Shown here piece by piece: positions 28,460-32,000 of a stretch of DNA of 32,000 nt (position 1 is the first letter of the stretch; each line of letters begins with the position of its first letter). Source of the DNA: Candidatus Atelocyanobacterium thalassa isolate ALOHA (GTDB taxonomy: Bacteria > Cyanobacteriota > Cyanobacteriia > Cyanobacteriales > Microcystaceae); the NCBI RefSeq assembly GCF_000025125.1, contig NC_013771.1, forward strand, positions 480,001 to 512,000. Reading direction: 5' to 3'. A program made the translations under genes and the position numbers. The notes under the pieces are model-generated. The model was not told the DNA's origin and did no database searches. It saw only the letters and a program-made list of their open reading frames with translations.

Positions 28460-28624
28460 ATGTCTATTTCAAAATCTATTATTCGTAAGTCTCTTAGTAC
28501 AAATCTTCGAGAACAACCAATTAAAGAAAAATCAAATAAAGATATTGTGTGTTTACACTGCAAAAGAACTACTAGTAATAATGTTAAATGTAAAGGTATT
28601 TGTGTTTCAGATAGTGATTATTAA
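28460..28624 (+). CDS. Candidate 54-aa four-cysteine protein (CxxC...CxxxC), an alternative frame to track ORF 28446-28628
   Basis: ATG ORF MSISKSIIRKSLSTNLREQPIKEKSNKDIVCLHCKRTTSNNVKCKGICVSDSDY. A basic, polar N-terminus is followed by a compact 4-Cys module. The overlapping track ORF needs a TTG start and is low-complexity and hydrophobic. Confidence 0.35.
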   Translation: MSISKSIIRKSLSTNLREQPIKEKSNKDIVCLHCKRTTSNNVKCKGICVSDSDY

Positions 28625-28698
28625 GTAAAGTTTATCTTTTAAGTAAATTTTATTTTAAAATAGGCTAGCTACAGGTGATTACATGAATTTACTAAAAA

Positions 28699-29029
28699 TA
28701 TAAATTAATATAAAAAATATTTTTGTACAAAATTACAACCCAGGTATGTACTTTTTTTCATATTATATAATAATTAAGAAAATGATTAGTTTTATAGTAG
28801 TGCTTAAAACATATAAATTAATAATAAAAGTGTCTTTACAAAACTTTTATCGTATCTATTCGTTTTAAAAAAAACTTTGATTATCTTAATTTTTATTCTT
28901 AAATTCTGCCTTCTATTTAGTATTTTTATTGAAACAAATCTTTTAAAGTAATTGCTTTGTCTTTTAAAATTTCACGATATCTATAGAACATTCTAGTATT
29001 TTGAAAAGTCTTAAATATATAAATTAATA
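28699..29029. repeat. Three exact direct copies of the 12-mer TATAAATTAATA in the spacer upstream of ORF 29167
   Basis: Copies at 28699-28710, 28812-28823 and 29018-29029, all in the same orientation. I did not see the 12-mer elsewhere in the window by eye. Confidence 0.8.
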
Positions 29030-29166
29030 TTTATGAGTATAAACTTTATATGTTTTATTTGCTTTTTGTCCTAATTATCTAATTTAATGTAAATTTGTTA
29101 CAAAAATAATTAATTTTTACAAACTTTTTGCCATATTTTTATTATTTATAAACTATATAAACTCTT

Positions 29167-30204
29167 ATGAAATTTGATCCTTTTTCTTCTAATGATATTC
29201 GTAATGCTATTAGCAATTCTGATGTTTTCAATTTTAAGTTACCTAATCCAGAAGATATTGGAATTGAAGAAATAGATTTTCAAAAACAATTGAACATGGT
29301 GTGGGAAGTTTGTGATCATTTTGATTTACAAACAGATATTTGGCGAGGCAGAATTTTAAGAGCAGCTCGTGATCGCGAAAAAAAACAAGGTGACAATGTA
29401 AAAATAGGATTTATACATTGGTTGAAAGAACGCGAGATTTCAAAAAATCAAGCTTATAGATTAATTCAGTTGGCAGAAAGTGCTGATAAACTTCTTGAGG
29501 AAGGAGATCTATCTATTGATTCCATTAATAATTTTAGTAAGCGTGCTTTTATAGAAACAGCGAAGTCAAAAACAGAAGTACAAAAAATAATTAGTGAAGC
29601 GGCAAACAATGGTGACCATATTACTTGCAGAGAAGTTAAACAACTATCAGATGAATGGAATGCTATGAGTTCTGATTTGTTGCCCAATACAATTAAAGAA
29701 AAAATTGAGCAGGGAGTATTAATGTCTCATCATGTAGCGCCGCTAGTTCAAGCGATGGAAAATTTACCTGATTTTCACTTAAAGACTATTCAAAAAGAAA
29801 TTTTTAAAAACTCTGAAATAGATAATATTAAACTATTAACTGCAGATTCAAAGACCTTGATTCAGTATTTAAATGTTACTGAACAACTGCAAACTTTAAA
29901 AAATGCAGAAGTTGTTCTCAATATGGAGATGGTATTAGAAGAATCAATAAGATTAGAATGTCTGAATACTACATTGGATTTGGTTAAGCAAGCTTCTCAT
30001 CTGGAGCAAATAGCAGTAAAGTTTTACATGGCTTGGAAACGTTTAGGCAATATTTCAGAAAAATTATACATAAATTCCGGAGAAAGTAGCCCTAATCTAA
30101 GAGCTATGCTGACATCTCTAGAATCATTAAGTGGAGAAATTGTAGAAGTACCACTCAACGAATTAAAAGATAAGGTTATTAAATTAGGTGTTCTTAATGA
30201 ATAA
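29167..30204 (+). CDS. Hypothetical protein with a ParB/KorB-like helix-turn-helix pattern
   Basis: 345-aa ATG ORF. The region WRGRILRAARD...ISKNQAYRLIQLAESADKLLEEGDLSIDSINNFSKRAFIE...ITCREVKQL resembles the HTH plus following helices of ParB-type DNA-binding proteins. This is pattern-level, from memory, not an alignment. The C-terminal half is helical with no motif. Confidence 0.5.
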   Translation: MKFDPFSSNDIRNAISNSDVFNFKLPNPEDIGIEEIDFQKQLNMVWEVCDHFDLQTDIWRGRILRAARDREKKQGDNVKIGFIHWLKEREISKNQAYRLIQLAESADKLLEEGDLSIDSINNFSKRAFIETAKSKTEVQKIISEAANNGDHITCREVKQLSDEWNAMSSDLLPNTIKEKIEQGVLMSHHVAPLVQAMENLPDFHLKTIQKEIFKNSEIDNIKLLTADSKTLIQYLNVTEQLQTLKNAEVVLNMEMVLEESIRLECLNTTLDLVKQASHLEQIAVKFYMAWKRLGNISEKLYINSGESSPNLRAMLTSLESLSGEIVEVPLNELKDKVIKLGVLNE

Positions 30205-30255
30205 GTAATATTAAAATTATCTGACAATTCTAATATTAAGAACTACTAAATGTAC

Positions 30256-30301
30256 TTAACCATAGAATATATTTGTAATTACAAATATATTCTATGGTTA
30301 A
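30256..30301. repeat. Perfect 46-bp palindrome (23-bp arms, no spacer)
   Basis: TTAACCATAGAATATATTTGTAA (30256-30278) is followed directly by its exact reverse complement TTACAAATATATTCTATGGTTAA (30279-30301). Confidence 0.9.
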
Positions 30302-30305
30302 AACT

Positions 30306-30359
30306 AAATAAGTTAAAGCATCTTTGACTTAAGAAAAAGACACTTTAACTTATTTTTTT
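30306..30359 (+). terminator. Intrinsic terminator after ORF 29167-30204, abutting the 3-prime end of tRNA-Phe
   Basis: AAATAAGTTAAAG (30306-30318) pairs with CTTTAACTTATTT (30343-30355). An inner helix TCTTT/AAAGA follows a 2x2 internal loop, and the T-run extends to 30359. Confidence 0.5.
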
Positions 30360-30360
30360 A

Positions 30361-30433
30361 TGCCAGGAGGCGGGCTTGAACCGCCGACACGAGGATTTTC
30401 AGTCCACTGCTCTACCAACTGAGCTATCCCGGC
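30361..30433 (-). tRNA. tRNA-Phe (anticodon GAA), CCA not encoded
   Basis: Minus strand reads GCCGGGA-TA-GCTC-AGTTGGTA-GAGC-A-GTGGA-CTGAAAA-TCCTC-GTGTC-GGCGG-TTCAAGC-CCGCC-TCCTGGC-A. It has one G-U pair in the acceptor stem and a U28-U42 mismatch in the anticodon stem. Confidence 0.9.
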
Positions 30434-30460
30434 ATAAGATTTATTTGTGTGGCATTGATA

Positions 30461-30489
30461 ATAATAGCAAATTTTTTTCCCTGTTGCAA
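30461..30489 (-). promoter_or_regulatory. Sigma70-type promoter for tRNA-Phe
   Basis: Minus strand reads TTGCAA (30489-30484), a 17-nt spacer, then TATTAT (30466-30461). The -10 element ends 27 nt upstream of the mature tRNA 5-prime end. Confidence 0.4.
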
Positions 30490-30896
30490 TAATATTTATA
30501 ATTTTTTATGTATAAAAATATTTTCTAGAGTTTTAAAGATCAAACATAAGCTAGAGATATAAGAAAATAGACCTTACAATATTAAAAAAAGGGAATATGT
30601 AGTTATTACTAATAGTTAAGCTTCCATAAATATATTATGATTAAAATCAAGTAAATTTTTATCATGAATATCCAAGAATATTAAATTTGGGCATAAAGCG
30701 ATGATAATATCACGTAAATAAGACGTAATATTAATATCTCAATAAGGTTTTAAAAGTTTATTTTTTTAATGAATTAGTAATTATGCTTATTGTGATTAAT
30801 GAATTTATAACTTTTTATGATGGGTTCCTCTAATTAGAAACGTTTCTTATTGTAAATTTAGAAGTAAGACTAAAGTCATTTTATTGGATTAATATT

Positions 30897-31241
30897 ATGA
30901 ATGGAGACAAAATTGGCACAGAGAATAATGATTGGATAAGACAACTGGTGCTTATGGGTATTGGTACGACTTCAATGGCTGCTGAAAAATTAAAAGAAGC
31001 CAGCGAAGAATGGGTGAAAGAAGGTAAAATCAACCCTGATCAGGCTCAAAGTTTTGTTGATGAACTTTTAGGTCAAATAAAAGTTGGACAAAATAATTTT
31101 GAAATAAATATGGAAAGAGAGATTAGGAATATCCTAAGAGATTTAGGTGTTCCAAGGCAGGCAGAGATAGATGAATTAAGAGGAAGGATTGATAGATTAG
31201 AACATCAAATTAGAGATTTAGAAAATAAATCATGGCGTTAA
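30897..31241 (+). CDS. Hypothetical coiled-coil protein, phasin-like (COG3937-type pattern)
   Basis: 114 aa. The MAAEKLKEASEEWVKEGKI...QSFVDELL and ending AEIDELRGRIDRLEHQIRDLE follow the pattern I recall for the PHA-granule regulator/phasin-like family. Not verified. Confidence 0.45.
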   Translation: MNGDKIGTENNDWIRQLVLMGIGTTSMAAEKLKEASEEWVKEGKINPDQAQSFVDELLGQIKVGQNNFEINMEREIRNILRDLGVPRQAEIDELRGRIDRLEHQIRDLENKSWR

Positions 31242-31266
31242 AAAGAATTAAACTATTAATAATAGC

Positions 31267-31307
31267 TACATACAACAAAACTATTATTAATAGTTTTGTT
31301 GTATGTA
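31267..31307. terminator. Near-perfect 41-bp palindrome (20-bp arms around one central T) after the phasin-like gene
   Basis: TACATACAACAAAACTATTA (31267-31286) and TAATAGTTTTGTTGTATGTA (31288-31307) are exact reverse complements. It starts 26 nt after the stop. There is no strong U-tract. Confidence 0.45.
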
Positions 31308-31444
31308 AGTCATATATCTATAATTAATTTTTATTTTCAATAAAATTAACCTTAATAATTCAAGGATTTATTAGTTTAATAACTTTTCAAAACAACATAT
31401 ATATTTATAATGTATTTAATATTGTTAATAGGTGGCTGAAAAAT

Positions 31445-31798
31445 ATGAACTTAGAAAAAACTATTACCACTACTTCAGGATTGCAATATATTGATATTAG
31501 AGAGGGGGAAGGAGTTGAACCTAAGGCTGGACAATTTGTCTCTGTTCACTATGTGGGTACTCTTGAAAATGGTAAAAAATTTGATAGCTCTTACGATCGT
31601 AAACAACCTTTCTCTTTTAAAATAGGTGTTGGACAGGTAATTAAAGGTTGGGATGAAGGAGTCTCTTCTATGAAGGTTGGAAGTCAAAGAAAATTAATTA
31701 TCCCATCTAATTTAGGATATGGATCAAGAGGAGCAGGAAATGTTATTCCTCCTAATTCTGTATTGATTTTTAATATTGAATTATTAAGCATAGAATAA
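31445..31798 (+). CDS. FKBP-type peptidyl-prolyl cis-trans isomerase (domain-only, no signal peptide)
   Basis: 117 aa with SGLQYIDIREGEG, VHYVGTLENGKKFDSSYDR, GQVIKGWDEG and IPPNSVLIFNIELL, the complete FKBP_C signature. Confidence 0.9.
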   Translation: MNLEKTITTTSGLQYIDIREGEGVEPKAGQFVSVHYVGTLENGKKFDSSYDRKQPFSFKIGVGQVIKGWDEGVSSMKVGSQRKLIIPSNLGYGSRGAGNVIPPNSVLIFNIELLSIE

Positions 31799-32000
31799 TT
31801 GTGAAAGTATTTATCAAGATTAGAACAAGAGTAATTTCTACTAGTTATTCGAATCTTGATTTAATATTTTCAACCTACAAAGGTATTGAGCTATTAATTA
31901 AGCGATCTTAAAATATAAAAGTCATGTAAAATTATTTGCAAAGTATTAAATCAATTATTCTGTAATAGAAAATAATAGTAATGATTGTTTACCAAAAATC

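Noticed and set aside
28625-30433. Integrated island bounded by a duplicated 3-prime part of tRNA-Phe
   Set aside because: I looked for a partial direct copy of the tRNA-Phe 3-prime end (plus-strand TGCCAGGAGGCGGGCTTGAACC) in 28300-30360 and found nothing beyond a 5-mer. There is no integrase either. The island idea remains only a weak context argument.
8963-31687. Other short shadow ORFs in the track (8963-9145, 10288-10500, 11928-12173, 13321-13515, 17011-17214, 21846-22061, 23296-23517, 29466-29687, 30024-30227, 31475-31687)
   Set aside because: Each is nested antisense within a longer ORF that carries clear family motifs or better coding character. None has a recognisable motif.
1-32000. 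Search for CRISPR arrays, IS elements or transposases, integrases, rRNA genes, and restriction-modification, toxin-antitoxin or known defence genes
   Set aside because: I found no regularly spaced direct repeats, no terminal inverted repeats bracketing an ORF, and no protein with transposase, integrase, nuclease-methylase or toxin signatures.

Overview
Very AT-rich segment (roughly 30% G+C by eye, not computed) of a cyanobacterial chromosome. The proteins are unmistakably cyanobacterial: the cytochrome b6f petC-petA operon, BtpA, a VKOR-thioredoxin fusion, a Ctp protease, GgpS and ABC1 kinases. The low G+C, the long ORF-free spacers and a single HIP1 octamer suggest a reduced-genome or symbiont-like lineage, but that is inference only. 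I support about 27 protein genes, 4 tRNA genes (Leu-CAA, Lys-UUU, Pro-UGG, Phe-GAA), several long perfect AT-rich hairpins at gene ends and one good sigma70-type promoter. I found no rRNA, CRISPR array, transposase, integrase or recognisable defence or toxin-antitoxin system. The content is housekeeping: replication and repair (holA, sbcC, dnaB), cell wall (murG), translation (rpsN, aat, tRNAs), electron transport (petCA), prenyl-lipid metabolism and osmoprotection (ggpS). Main findings: (1) the essential rpsN (S14) gene is split by one extra A in an A9 tract, and murG loses its conserved C-terminal tail to one extra A in an A5 run. Both are invisible in the ORF track, and they are either homopolymer assembly errors or slippage-rescued frameshifts. 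(2) An orphan locus beside tRNA-Phe combines a 542-bp AT-rich spacer carrying three exact copies of a 12-mer, a 345-aa protein with a ParB/KorB-like helix-turn-helix pattern, and a perfect 46-bp palindrome. (3) Two short ORFs below the track threshold look more plausible than neighbouring track ORFs. I did not find a convincing multi-gene novel system.
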